IMG/VR virus record: IMGVR_UViG_3300034004_000010
Location: 1 to 58,481 of that record
Reading direction: 5' to 3' (one strand)
Length of the DNA: 58,481 bases
From: a virus
Taxonomy: Duplodnaviria > Caudoviricetes
Shown here in pieces: positions 17,124 through 26,666 of this stretch. Below the pieces are notes generated by a model. The model had not been told where the DNA came from and did not search any database. It worked only from the letters and a program-made list of their open reading frames with translations. The translations under genes were made by a program, and so were the position numbers. The stretch's first letter is position 1; every line of letters starts with the position of its first letter.

Positions 17124-18724
17124 TGCCCTGGAAGCCCTCGCGTCCCGGTGAGATCCCGACGCTCGGCTGGGGCGTGCTGGACTGGATGAGCGAGGTTCTC
17201 GCCGCTCCTGACCGCTCGGACTACGAGCCGTTCGTCCCGACGCGCGACCAAGCCGGCTTCGTCTTGCGGCTGTACCAGCTCGATCCGCGGACTGGTCGTC
17301 GGGTTCACCGACGCGCCGTGTACTCGCGCCCGAAGGGTTCCGGAAAGAGCCCGTTCTTGGCGGCGATCGTCCTGGCCGAGTGCTTGGCCGAGGTGGTCCC
17401 GGATGGCTGGGATGCGTACGGGCAGCCCGTAGCGCGCCCGTGGAGCGATCTGCGGACGCCGTGGGGCCAGGTGATGGCCGTGTCCGAAGACCAGACGCGT
17501 AACGCTTGGGCGCCACTGCTCGAGATGCTCCGCAACGGTCCGGCGTGTGACATCTACCCGAATCTCGATCCGATGGACACCTTCGTGGCGCTCCCGGCGG
17601 GTCGCATCGAGGCAGTGACGGCGTCGGCGACCTCGCGAGAGGGCAACCGGCCGATCATCTGCCTACTGGACCAGACCGAGTCATGGTCCCCCTCGAACGG
17701 CGGCGTGCGACTGGCTGCCGTGGCTCGACGGAACCTCGGCAAGACCAACGGGGTCAGCGTCGAGGCCCCGAACGCCTATGTCCCCGGCTCGGGGTCGGTG
17801 GCGCAGTCCTCCGCGGAGTACGCGGCGCTCATCACGGCGGGCAAGGCCAAGGACGAAGGCCTGTTGTACGACCACCGTGAGGCGCCAGCCGGAACCCGCC
17901 TCGACGACCGCGACAGTCTCCTGGCGGGGCTGCAGGTCGCCTACGGAGATTCGGCGGCGGTCAACGGCGGATGGGTCGACCTTGACCGCATCGTGGCGGA
18001 GATCTGGGACCCGGCGACGGACCCGCAAGACGCGCGCCAGTATTACTTGAACCAGATCACGCACGCGTCGGACTCTTGGCTGTCTCAGCCGGAGTGGGCA
18101 GCATGCGCGGACGCAACGCGGCACCTGGCCGACCGGGAGCTCGTGACCCTCGGCTTCGACGGTTCGGTGCGTGATGACGCTTCGGCGTTGGTCGCGTGCC
18201 GTGTCGCTGACGGGCATCTCGAGGTGCTCGGCGTGTGGGAGCCGCGGGGCGCCAAGGACGACGCGCAGGTGGACCGCGAGGCGGTCGACGCGGCGGTTGA
18301 GGCTGCATTCGGGCGGTTCGACGTGGCCGGCATGTACTGCGACCCGGCGCTGTGGCAGGACTACGTGGACCGGTGGACGCAGAAGTATGGCGCCAAAGTC
18401 CGACAGAAGGCGTCGGCGAACCGACCGCTGGAGTGGTGGACGAACCGGCCGACGGCGATGGCTGCGGCTCTGGAGCGGTTCCACACGGCGGTCCTGGGTG
18501 GCCAGTTGTCGCATGACGGCGACTCGCTGCTGACGTCGCACGTGCTGAACGCGCGCCGGCGGGAGTCCCGGTCGGGTCTGCTGATCGGGAAAGAACACCC
18601 AAAATCGGCGCGAAAGATCGACGCGGCGATGGCTGCCGTCCTGGCGTATGAATGCCGTAGCGATGCCGTGGCCTCGGGCGTGACAGCCGCCCGCCGTAAG
18701 ACGGCCCCGAAGCGAATCATGTGA
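17123..18724 (+). CDS. Terminase large subunit
   Basis: RPKGSGKS Walker A, LLDQT Walker B variant, LGFDGS..DDA and KIDAAMA nuclease motifs. Confidence 0.95.
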   Translation: MPWKPSRPGEIPTLGWGVLDWMSEVLAAPDRSDYEPFVPTRDQAGFVLRLYQLDPRTGRRVHRRAVYSRPKGSGKSPFLAAIVLAECLAEVVPDGWDAYGQPVARPWSDLRTPWGQVMAVSEDQTRNAWAPLLEMLRNGPACDIYPNLDPMDTFVALPAGRIEAVTASATSREGNRPIICLLDQTESWSPSNGGVRLAAVARRNLGKTNGVSVEAPNAYVPGSGSVAQSSAEYAALITAGKAKDEGLLYDHREAPAGTRLDDRDSLLAGLQVAYGDSAAVNGGWVDLDRIVAEIWDPATDPQDARQYYLNQITHASDSWLSQPEWAACADATRHLADRELVTLGFDGSVRDDASALVACRVADGHLEVLGVWEPRGAKDDAQVDREAVDAAVEAAFGRFDVAGMYCDPALWQDYVDRWTQKYGAKVRQKASANRPLEWWTNRPTAMAAALERFHTAVLGGQLSHDGDSLLTSHVLNARRRESRSGLLIGKEHPKSARKIDAAMAAVLAYECRSDAVASGVTAARRKTAPKRIM

Positions 18725-18745
18725 CCCCGGAGGGGTGGTGGCGTC

Positions 18746-20299
18746 GTGCCGATCGACACGGAGACGCCACGGTCCCCGGGGTGGTGGCTGGTGCAGCTCG
18801 AGAAGCGGCTGTCGGCTCGCCGGATGGGCGAGGCGGTGCCGGGGGTGTCGTCGCCGGCGGGGCGTCTGGCGGCGCCGGATCCGCAGTCTGCGGCTCGGGC
18901 GTGGCAGTCGACGCGGTACCGAGGCGTGCGGCCGGGCCTGGACCTGTTGAACGACTACCTACGCGGCGAGCCGCCGCTGCCGTACGCGTCGGATTCGTGG
19001 CGCGAGGCGATGTTGCCGTTCATCCGGCAGGCGCGGACGAACCTTGCCGACCTGAGTGTGTCGTCGGTGCTGGATCGTGCGATCCCGTTGGGGTGGGCCA
19101 CTGCGGCGCAGGACGACCGCGACGGCGACGAGGCCGCGGCGCGGGTGGCGCTGGTCAACGATTTCGCGAACGTGGTCCCGGAGACGCTGGAGTACGCCCT
19201 GTCGATGGGCGACGGCTACATGCTGGTGGGGCCGCTGGAGGGCCGTGAGGTCCCGCTGGTGACGGCGGAGGACCCGCGCGAGGTCATCACGGCGCATGAC
19301 TCGGCAACGGGCCGCGTGATCGCGGCGCTGAAGCTGTACCAGGACGAGTGGACCGAGAAGCGCCGGGCGCACGTGTACCTGCCGGGCGGCTTGGTGTTCG
19401 TGTTCGCTCAGACGGGCACGTCGCCGGCGAAGTGGGAGCTCGACAACGAGGCGTCGGGGCGCATCGAGGGGCTGGCGGGTACGGATCTGGTGCCGGTGGT
19501 GCGGTTCAAGAACCGCCGCGGTGTCGGGGAGTACGAGCCGCACCTGGATCTGCTGGACCGGATCGACGACACGGTGTTCCAGCGGATCGCGATCGCCAAG
19601 TATCAGGCGTTCCGTCAGCGGGCCGGGATCGGCCTGCCGGACGAGGACGAGGACGGCAACGAGATCGACTACAGCACGATCTTCACGGCGGACCCGGGGG
19701 CGTGGTTCAAGCTCCCTGAGGGTTCGTCGATGTGGGAGTCGGGCGTGGTCGACCTCACGGGCGTCCGCATGGCCATCAAGGACGACATCATCGCGTTCGC
19801 CGCGGTGACGAAGACTCCATTGCACTACCTGACCCCGGATGCTGCCGCTGGCAGCGCTGAGGGCGCGTCGATGATGCGTGAGGGTCTGGTGTACCGCGTG
19901 GAGGACCGGCGTCGCCGGTTCGAGGGGCCCCTGGCGCAGGTGATGGGCATGTGCTTCCGGTTGATGGGTGACGAGTCGCGGGCGGATGCGCTGGCGATCC
20001 GGACTCTCTGGCAGCCGGCGGAGCGATTCTCGCTGTCGGAGAAGGCGTCGGCTGCGGCGCAGGCGTTGACGACGCTGCCGCAGGAGCAGATCTGGACGGA
20101 CGTGTGGCAGTACACGCCGTCGGATCTGCCTCGGTTGCGGGCGGCGAAGGCCGAGGACCTGCTGTACGCGCCACTGGAGGCCACCCCGACCGGTCCAGCG
20201 GCTGCTGGGCGGGCTCCCGTGGCGTCTGCGAGCGGTCAGCCGAACGTCCCGGCGTCTTCGGGCGCGGGCCAGGGTGCGACGCCTCAGACGGGCGCGTAG
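18746..20299 (+). CDS. Portal protein
   Basis: Follows TerL; 517 aa; VPVVRF.N..GVGEYE.H..LLDRI, SAEGA motifs. Confidence 0.9.
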   Translation: MPIDTETPRSPGWWLVQLEKRLSARRMGEAVPGVSSPAGRLAAPDPQSAARAWQSTRYRGVRPGLDLLNDYLRGEPPLPYASDSWREAMLPFIRQARTNLADLSVSSVLDRAIPLGWATAAQDDRDGDEAAARVALVNDFANVVPETLEYALSMGDGYMLVGPLEGREVPLVTAEDPREVITAHDSATGRVIAALKLYQDEWTEKRRAHVYLPGGLVFVFAQTGTSPAKWELDNEASGRIEGLAGTDLVPVVRFKNRRGVGEYEPHLDLLDRIDDTVFQRIAIAKYQAFRQRAGIGLPDEDEDGNEIDYSTIFTADPGAWFKLPEGSSMWESGVVDLTGVRMAIKDDIIAFAAVTKTPLHYLTPDAAAGSAEGASMMREGLVYRVEDRRRRFEGPLAQVMGMCFRLMGDESRADALAIRTLWQPAERFSLSEKASAAAQALTTLPQEQIWTDVWQYTPSDLPRLRAAKAEDLLYAPLEATPTGPAAAGRAPVASASGQPNVPASSGAGQGATPQTGA

Positions 20300-20302
20300 C
20301 GC

Positions 20303-21133
20303 GTGGCCGACCAGCGGCGCGTCCTGGCCCTCGTCGACCGGCAGGCAGCGACCCGGGAACGCCTCTCGACCAACCTCGTCGGCCTCTTGGCGCGGCTGTG
20401 GGCGTCGCTGACGCCTCAGCAGCGGTACGACGACGCTCAGGTGGCGGCGTTCGCGGCGCGGGCCGCGGCGCTGTCCAAGGGCGCCAGGACCGCCGCCAGC
20501 GGCGCCCAGGAGGCGTACCTGCGGCAGATCCTCGCCCTCCTCGGCACCCAACCGGGGCGGGGGCTGAAGGTCGCCATCGCGGACGCCCCGCGTGGTGTTG
20601 ACCCCGTGGCGCAGTACACGCGGCCCGTCGAAGAGTTCCGGCGGCTGCGGGTCGCGGGGCTGGACGAGTTCGAGGCGAACGAGCGGGCGCAGCGCCGGCT
20701 GCAACTCATCGGCGACACGGACGTGTCGCTGGCGATCCGGGACACGTCCGCGCAGGTGCTCGCCTCAGCGGACAAAGTGACGGGTTGGCGCCGCGTGGTG
20801 CACCCGGAGCTCGCCAAGGGCGGCACCTGTGGGCTGTGCATAGTCGCCAGCGACCGCGTGTACAAGCGCGGCGACCTGATGCCGCTGCACGCCCGCTGCA
20901 ACTGCGCCGTCGTCCCGATCGTGAAGGGCCAGACCGACCCCGGCGCGGCCCTGAACAGGGACAGCCTCAAGACGCTCTACGAAGCCGCCGGGTCCACGAA
21001 GGCCGCCGACCTCGCCAAGACCCGCTACGTGGTCAGGACGCATGGCGAACTCGGGCCGGTCCTGGCCGTCGAGGGCGACCACCACCGTGGCCCCGTTGAG
21101 GTCGAGCGCGACACCGAACGCGCCGCCTCCTAG
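20303..21133 (+). CDS. Capsid maturation / MuF-like minor head protein
   Basis: GWRRVVHPEL..GGTCGLCIVAS.R.Y...LMPLHARCNC; between portal and scaffold. Confidence 0.8.
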   Translation: MADQRRVLALVDRQAATRERLSTNLVGLLARLWASLTPQQRYDDAQVAAFAARAAALSKGARTAASGAQEAYLRQILALLGTQPGRGLKVAIADAPRGVDPVAQYTRPVEEFRRLRVAGLDEFEANERAQRRLQLIGDTDVSLAIRDTSAQVLASADKVTGWRRVVHPELAKGGTCGLCIVASDRVYKRGDLMPLHARCNCAVVPIVKGQTDPGAALNRDSLKTLYEAAGSTKAADLAKTRYVVRTHGELGPVLAVEGDHHRGPVEVERDTERAAS

Positions 21134-21200
21134 AACCCCCGGAGCCCCGTTACGGGGCCCGGAAGCACCCACGCCCACACCCGCCAAGGGAGCCCTACGC

Positions 21201-21791
21201 ATGCCCGAGAACACCCCCGACGTCCCCACCGAGGAGCCGCAGGTCGAGGGCGCCACGCCCGACACCGACGACGGCCCTAAGGACTGGGAAGCCGAGGCAT
21301 CCCGCTGGAAGTCTCTCGCCCGCAAGCACGAGGAACGCGCCAAGGCCAACAGGGTCGCCGCCGACCGGCTCGAGCAACTCGAGAAGGAGCGGATGACCGC
21401 CGAGGAGCGGACCCGCGTCGAAGCATTCGAGGGTGGCCGCGCCGCCGAGCGCACTGCTCTCACCGAGCGACTGGTCGCCGCCGAGTTCAAGGCCGCCGCT
21501 GCCATCGCCGGCAAGGACGTCAGCACCGTCACGGGCCTCCTCGAGGACCTCAACGTGGCCAAGTTCCTCACCGCAGAAGGCGACGTCGACACGGAGCGCA
21601 TCACGGCCCGCGTCTCGGCGCTGCCGGTGGCGGCCCCCGCCTCAACCGAGCCTGCCGCGCCCCGGATCCCGGACCTCGGTCAGGGTCGCCGCGCCCCGGC
21701 GCCGGTGAACGCGGCCGAGGAGATGGCGCGGGCACAGCTCGAGCGGTTCAAGCCCCCGCAGGGCGTCTCGTGGGGCCAGCAGCAGCAGTAA
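21201..21791 (+). CDS. Scaffolding protein
   Basis: Acidic N-terminus, WKSLARKHEER coiled coil, DLGQG; position. Confidence 0.8.
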   Translation: MPENTPDVPTEEPQVEGATPDTDDGPKDWEAEASRWKSLARKHEERAKANRVAADRLEQLEKERMTAEERTRVEAFEGGRAAERTALTERLVAAEFKAAAAIAGKDVSTVTGLLEDLNVAKFLTAEGDVDTERITARVSALPVAAPASTEPAAPRIPDLGQGRRAPAPVNAAEEMARAQLERFKPPQGVSWGQQQQ

Positions 21792-21832
21792 CCAGACCGC
21801 ATCGCGGTCAGCGGTAGTCAACCCAGGAAGGA

Positions 21833-22261
21833 ATGACCTCCATGACCGAGATTGCGGTCACCAGCACCAGCTACACCACGGGCGACCGCTCGTGGCTCCT
21901 GTTCGAGGCCGACGGCCAGCCCGGCCCCGTGTCCCGCCGAACCGCCGAGATCGACTTCTCGCTGTTCACGAGCGGCACCCACTACCCGAACGGCCACCTG
22001 CGCTCGGGTCAGCTCGTCGGGAAGGTCACGGCGACGGGTCGCCTGGGCCCGTACACGTCGGGCGCCTCCAACGGCACCCAGACGGCGGTCGGGCTGCTCT
22101 ACAACGACGTCCCGGTCCCCACGGGCGCCCCGGCCGCGTCGAAGGTCAACACGGTGTACGTGGCGTCGTTCGCTGCAGTGTCCGAGTCCCGCCTGCCGGC
22201 GAACAGCGGTGTCGACTCGACCGCCAAGACCGCCCTCAAGCTCATCGACTTCCAGGCCTGA
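21833..22261 (+). CDS. Head decoration protein
   Basis: HYPNGHLRSG...GPY...A.NG.Q...GLL...SRLP; between scaffold and capsid. Confidence 0.75.
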   Translation: MTSMTEIAVTSTSYTTGDRSWLLFEADGQPGPVSRRTAEIDFSLFTSGTHYPNGHLRSGQLVGKVTATGRLGPYTSGASNGTQTAVGLLYNDVPVPTGAPAASKVNTVYVASFAAVSESRLPANSGVDSTAKTALKLIDFQA

Positions 22262-22286
22262 GGGCCGGACAGGAGACTGATCACAC

Positions 22287-23318
22287 GTGGCCATCGTCTG
22301 GGACTCTTACGTCCCTCCCGCCGCACTCACCACCTTCATCCGCGACCTGCCGGTCCGTCAGGACTACGTGCTGTCGCAGGTGTTCCCCAACCGGACGATC
22401 CCGGACACGCAGGTCGCGTTCGACGACGTCACCATCACCACCCGGGCCGCGAAGTACCGCGCCTGGGACGCCCCTCCGCTGCCCATCAAGCGCGACTCGT
22501 TCGTCACCAAGACGGTGAAGCTGCCGCCCGTGTCGAGCATGCTCGGCCTCGGTGAGCGGGAGCGCCTGGAGATCGAGCGCCTCCGTTCGGGCGGCCAGAA
22601 CCGCCAGGGCGCGATCAACGCCATCTTCGACGACGCCGCAGCGGCTACCCGGTCGGTGCAGGCGCGTGTCGAGCTCGCCCGGGGTGACCTGCTGCAGGAC
22701 GGCAAGGTCACCATCGCCGAGGCGGGTCTGGTCATGGAGGCCGACTTCGGCGTCCCTGGCGGGAACATCGCCACGGCGGGCACGCTGTGGACGAACCCGG
22801 CTGCGGACATCCTGGGCGATCTGCGCACGTGGTCGCAGGCGTACCGGACGACGAACGGGTTCCTGCCCGGCGGCATGATCATGTCCGAGACGGTCATGTA
22901 CAACATGCTCGCCAACACCGCGGTCAAGAACCTCTACTCCAGCACGGTCGGCGCCCCGTCGATCCTGTCGATCGACCAGCTCGACAACACGCTGCGGTCC
23001 TACGGCCTGCCCGTTCGGGCGTTCACGTACGACGCGCAGGCCGACGTCGATGGCGTCACCACGTCGATCCTGCCGACGAACAAGGTGTTCTTCATCCCGC
23101 CGGCGGGCACGGAGCTCGGCTACACCGCGTTCGGTCTCACCGTGACGGGCATGGAGCTGGCCAACGCCGGCGTCATGTCGTTCGACGCGGCGGCCGGCAT
23201 GGTCGGCGTGATCGACAAGGACGTGCGGCCTCCCTACCGGCAGACCACGTACGTGGACGCCACGGCGCTGCCGGTTCTGACCAACCCGAAGGCCCTCGCC
23301 ATCTACACGGTGGGCTGA
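22287..23318 (+). CDS. Major capsid protein
   Basis: 343 aa; AKYRAWDA, KLPP, ARVELARG, DFGVP, W...ADILGDL; position. Confidence 0.9.
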   Translation: MAIVWDSYVPPAALTTFIRDLPVRQDYVLSQVFPNRTIPDTQVAFDDVTITTRAAKYRAWDAPPLPIKRDSFVTKTVKLPPVSSMLGLGERERLEIERLRSGGQNRQGAINAIFDDAAAATRSVQARVELARGDLLQDGKVTIAEAGLVMEADFGVPGGNIATAGTLWTNPAADILGDLRTWSQAYRTTNGFLPGGMIMSETVMYNMLANTAVKNLYSSTVGAPSILSIDQLDNTLRSYGLPVRAFTYDAQADVDGVTTSILPTNKVFFIPPAGTELGYTAFGLTVTGMELANAGVMSFDAAAGMVGVIDKDVRPPYRQTTYVDATALPVLTNPKALAIYTVG

Positions 23319-23321
23319 CCG

Positions 23322-23708
23322 ATGGCCACCAAGAAGGCGGCGGTCAACTTCAGCTACAAGGGCGAGTGGTACGGCCCGTCGCACGGTGACGGCACCGTTC
23401 CTGCCGAGGTCGCCAAGGAGGTCGGACCCCACGTCTTTGGCGAGGACGGCGACCTCGCCGAAGCGCCTCTCGAGCAGGTCAAGGCCGCCCCGCCGAGTGA
23501 GGAGCGCGACGTGCGCCTCTCGCAGGCGGCGACCAGCGGTGGCAGCCCGTCGGGCGTCGTCGGTTCGGCTCCGCCCCGCGCGGGTGCCGGCTCAAGCGTC
23601 GAGGCGTGGCGGACGTACGCCGCGGACAACGGCGTGAAGGTCAAGGACGACGCGTCTCGCGCGGCTGTCATCGAGGCCGTCGAGAAGGCCGGCCTTCCGG
23701 TCGAGTGA
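23322..23708 (+). CDS. Small head-associated protein with a C-terminal helix-loop-helix-like domain
   Basis: PPRAGAGSSVEAWRTYA...SRAAVIEAV after the capsid gene. Confidence 0.7.
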   Translation: MATKKAAVNFSYKGEWYGPSHGDGTVPAEVAKEVGPHVFGEDGDLAEAPLEQVKAAPPSEERDVRLSQAATSGGSPSGVVGSAPPRAGAGSSVEAWRTYAADNGVKVKDDASRAAVIEAVEKAGLPVE

Positions 23709-23713
23709 CGTAT

Positions 23714-23748
23714 CGGCCACCCCGCCCCCTCGCGGGGCGGGGTGGCCG
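23714..23748 (+). terminator. Hairpin after the head genes
   Basis: CGGCCACCCCGCCCC-5 nt-GGGGCGGGGTGGCCG, a perfect 15-bp stem. Confidence 0.75.
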
Positions 23749-23766
23749 CCACCGGAAGGGGCTGCG

Positions 23767-24207
23767 ATGCAGTACGCCACGTTCGCTGACGTTCAGCTGA
23801 AGTACGACCAGTCCCTGACGGTCGAGACTCAGTCGCGCGTCGAAGAGATCCTGAACGACCTGTCGGATCAGCTCGACGACCTCGTTCCGACTCTCGCGGG
23901 CCGGATCGCAAGCGGCGACGATGCACTGGCTAGGCGGGCCCGGCGAGTCGTTCGGGCTGCGGCGATCCGCGAGCTCGACAACCCTCGCGGCTACCAGGGT
24001 GAGCACGCCGGCGAGGTCGGCTACTACTACGCCCTGGGCAGCGGCAAGGACCGGACGGGGCCGGGGAAGCCGTTCACGGAAGCGGAGTTGCGTTCACTGC
24101 GACCGGCTGGCCGGGTCAGGGTGGGCACGATCCGCGCCCGCATCCCCGGCGATAACACGGCCGGGGCGAACCGCATCAGTGACGCGCCGGGTGTCGTGGT
24201 CCTGTGA
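23767..24207 (+). CDS. Head-to-tail adaptor
   Basis: YATFADV..., R.L.NP.GY..E..G...Y; position. Confidence 0.8.
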   Translation: MQYATFADVQLKYDQSLTVETQSRVEEILNDLSDQLDDLVPTLAGRIASGDDALARRARRVVRAAAIRELDNPRGYQGEHAGEVGYYYALGSGKDRTGPGKPFTEAELRSLRPAGRVRVGTIRARIPGDNTAGANRISDAPGVVVL

Positions 24208-24539
24208 GCTTGATCGACGGCCCGGACTTCGTCACCGTCTACCCCGAGGTGTTGGGGACGGACTCGGACGGCAACCGAGTCCGCAAGCCTGGCGCTACCC
24301 CAGCAGTGGTCAGGGGCCGCATGCAGCCGCTGACGGCGGCTGAGGCGCAGGCCGAGGGGCAGGGCATCACCACCACCTACAAGTTCCTCTGCCGGGAGTT
24401 CCCTGGCGGGGCGTGGTCGCGGGTTGAGTGGGGCGGCCGGGACTGGGATGTGCAGGGCGAGCCGCAGTGGATTGCGCTGTCTCCAGCCACGGCGCACTTC
24501 CGGGTGGTCCTGCGCGCTCGAGCCCCGAAGGGGCTGTGA
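24204..24539 (+). CDS. Head-to-tail stopper
   Basis: MSLID...D.DGN, MQP, WSRVEW.GR.WDV.GEP, S..TAH. Confidence 0.8.
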   Translation: MSLIDGPDFVTVYPEVLGTDSDGNRVRKPGATPAVVRGRMQPLTAAEAQAEGQGITTTYKFLCREFPGGAWSRVEWGGRDWDVQGEPQWIALSPATAHFRVVLRARAPKGL

Positions 24540-24838
24540 TGGGCGAGGTCTACCCGGCTACGGACGCGAAGATGGCGCACCTGCCGGGCGTGAAGGCCGC
24601 CGTCCACGCGAAGGGCCGCGAGATCCAGTCGACCGCGCAGTCCCTGCTCGCGTCGCACCGCCACACCGGGGCCGCCCGCATCGACGGCGAGACACAGGAC
24701 ACCGACTACGTCATCTACCTGGTCGACCCTGCCGCCCTGTCGATCGAGTTCGGCCGTAGCGGCTACACCACCAAGCGTGGCGGTCACGTCGGCCCGATGG
24801 AGGGCCTGCACGTCTTGCGCCGCGCCGCCGGCATCTAG
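24539..24838 (+). CDS. Neck / tail completion protein
   Basis: AALSIEFGR...GLHVL; position. Confidence 0.7.
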   Translation: MGEVYPATDAKMAHLPGVKAAVHAKGREIQSTAQSLLASHRHTGAARIDGETQDTDYVIYLVDPAALSIEFGRSGYTTKRGGHVGPMEGLHVLRRAAGI

Positions 24839-24855
24839 CTAGGGAGGCGCCGCGC

Positions 24856-25239
24856 ATGTACGTGGACGGCGTCATCCTCGCCGCATTGAGGCACTACCTG
24901 CCCGGCACGAACATCTACTCACGGCAGCCTGCGGACGTCCTGGACGTCCTGCCCTGCATCGTCGCCAGGAGCTACGGCGGCGGTGACCTGCACCTCAACT
25001 TGGCCGCCCGCCCCTCCATTCAGGTCGACTCCTACGCCGACGACCGCCGGCCCGCGGGGGTCCTCGCCGACCAGGCTGCGGCTGCCCTCATCGCCGCGTG
25101 GCGCAACAGCTACCGCACCCCTGACGGGGTCATCTGCGGCGTCACCACCACCGCCAGGCCGGCGGAGTTCCCCGACGACCAGGCCCCCTCGGGTCTGGTG
25201 CGGTTCACCGCGACATACCAACTCACGATTCGACCCTAA
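24856..25239 (+). CDS. Tail terminator
   Basis: GGGAGG RBS; directly before the major tail gene; RFTATY.L.IRP. Confidence 0.75.
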   Translation: MYVDGVILAALRHYLPGTNIYSRQPADVLDVLPCIVARSYGGGDLHLNLAARPSIQVDSYADDRRPAGVLADQAAAALIAAWRNSYRTPDGVICGVTTTARPAEFPDDQAPSGLVRFTATYQLTIRP

Positions 25240-25253
25240 GGAAGGGCCCTCCC

Positions 25254-25823
25254 GTGGCTTTGACAGACGCTGCCGTGCTCGTACCAGGGGTTGGGTCCAT
25301 CTGGACCGGCGTCGTTGGTACCGCAACCAAGCCCACCATCACCCAGCTCAACACGTTCGCCACCGCCGGCACCATCCCCAGCGGCTGGACGAACCTGGGG
25401 CACACCAGCCTCGACGACATCCTCGCGCCCGGCCAGGACGGCGGCGACACCGAGGTCAAGGGGTCGTGGCAAAACCCCTCCCTGCGGACCGTCATCACTG
25501 AGTCGTCGGTCGACTACTTCGTCATCAAGGCGCTGCAGGTCGACAACACCACCCTCGGCCTCTACTACGGCGGCGGCGACGCGACCGTGGCGAACGAGTT
25601 CGGGGTGCCGGATTCGCCGGCCGCGACCGAGCTCGCCACGACCATCGTGATGCTCGACGGGACGACCCCGACGGCGATCTACATGCCGAAGGCGTCGTGG
25701 CTGCGTGAGGACGAGATGGAGTTCGACTCCGCCGAGTTCACGACCATCCCGCTGCGGGTGACTGCGCTGAAGTACAACACCCTCAAGCGCATCTACTGGA
25801 TCAACGACTCCCTCGGCATCTGA
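25254..25823 (+). CDS. Major tail protein
   Basis: MALTDAAVLVPG.G, W.NLGHTS, GGDTEVKGSWQN..LR. Confidence 0.9.
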   Translation: MALTDAAVLVPGVGSIWTGVVGTATKPTITQLNTFATAGTIPSGWTNLGHTSLDDILAPGQDGGDTEVKGSWQNPSLRTVITESSVDYFVIKALQVDNTTLGLYYGGGDATVANEFGVPDSPAATELATTIVMLDGTTPTAIYMPKASWLREDEMEFDSAEFTTIPLRVTALKYNTLKRIYWINDSLGI

Positions 25824-25922
25824 TCCGCCGCGCTTCTCTGACCCCCCGGCCCGCGTCCTCTGGCGTGGGTGCCGCGGGCCGGGGTCACCCACGCCTACCC
25901 ACGCCAGAACCGGAGTACAGCC

Positions 25923-26261
25923 ATGCCCACGATCACGCTCGACTCCCTCAAGAAGACCATCCAGGACAAGTACGGCCCGTTCGAGGTCGAGTTCGGCGAC
26001 GGCGACAAGCTGGTGCTGACGCCGTACCTGCGGCTGTCCGAGGACCGCCGCAAGCAGGTGGCCGCCGCGCAGAAGCGCCTGAGTGAGGCCGACGCCGAAT
26101 CGGACGACCTCGGTGAGCTCCTGGTGGACATCTTGCGGGCGGCAGCGACCGAGCCCGGCGCTGTGGATCGTCTGTTCGAAGCGATGGGCGACGATCGCCT
26201 CGTCGGCGCCAAGGAGATCATGGACGCCTACGGGAAGGCTTCGCAGGTGGGGGAAGCGTAG
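25923..26261 (+). CDS. Tail assembly chaperone (short form)
   Basis: TITLDSLK....KY; ends SQVGEA* across the slippery site. Confidence 0.85.
   Translation: MPTITLDSLKKTIQDKYGPFEVEFGDGDKLVLTPYLRLSEDRRKQVAAAQKRLSEADAESDDLGELLVDILRAAATEPGAVDRLFEAMGDDRLVGAKEIMDAYGKASQVGEA
26249..26255 (+). other. Programmed -1 frameshift site GGGGGAA
   Basis: G GGG GAA just before the chaperone stop; the -1 frame stays open to 26662 (GSVALAQLFDEHGPALVHDFRHHYGVDL). Confidence 0.85.
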
Positions 26262-26662
26262 CGCTGGCCCAGCTCTTCGATGAGCACGGGCCGGCGCTTG
26301 TGCACGACTTCCGGCACCACTACGGCGTCGACCTCCCCGTCGTCGTCAGGGACTTGTGCTCGGCCACGCCGACGCGGGATCCCGTCGAGGTGCTGACGCT
26401 CATCACCGAACTGCCCGACGACTCGGCCTTCGTCGCGTCTCTTCAGGGCGGTCGGGAGTACCGAGGGTGGGGCGCGGGTCGCCACCTTGAGGCATCGCGC
26501 CTCGATGCCCTCCATGCGCTCATCTACGTCCTGCGGGCCGTGAACGGCGACAAGAAGACCAAGCCCCCGGAGCCGTTCCCTCGGCCCGGAGCCAAGAAGC
26601 GCAAGCCCATGGGCGTGCGGTCGCTGGCGCAGATGGCGAAGACGCGACCGAAGGGCGGGTGA
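26252..26662 (+). CDS. Tail assembly chaperone, frameshifted extension
   Basis: DFRHHYGVDL...LITELPDDS...GW...PEPFPRPG; abuts the tape measure gene. Confidence 0.8.
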   Translation, partial: GSVALAQLFDEHGPALVHDFRHHYGVDLPVVVRDLCSATPTRDPVEVLTLITELPDDSAFVASLQGGREYRGWGAGRHLEASRLDALHALIYVLRAVNGDKKTKPPEPFPRPGAKKRKPMGVRSLAQMAKTRPKGG

Positions 26663-26666
26663 GAGC

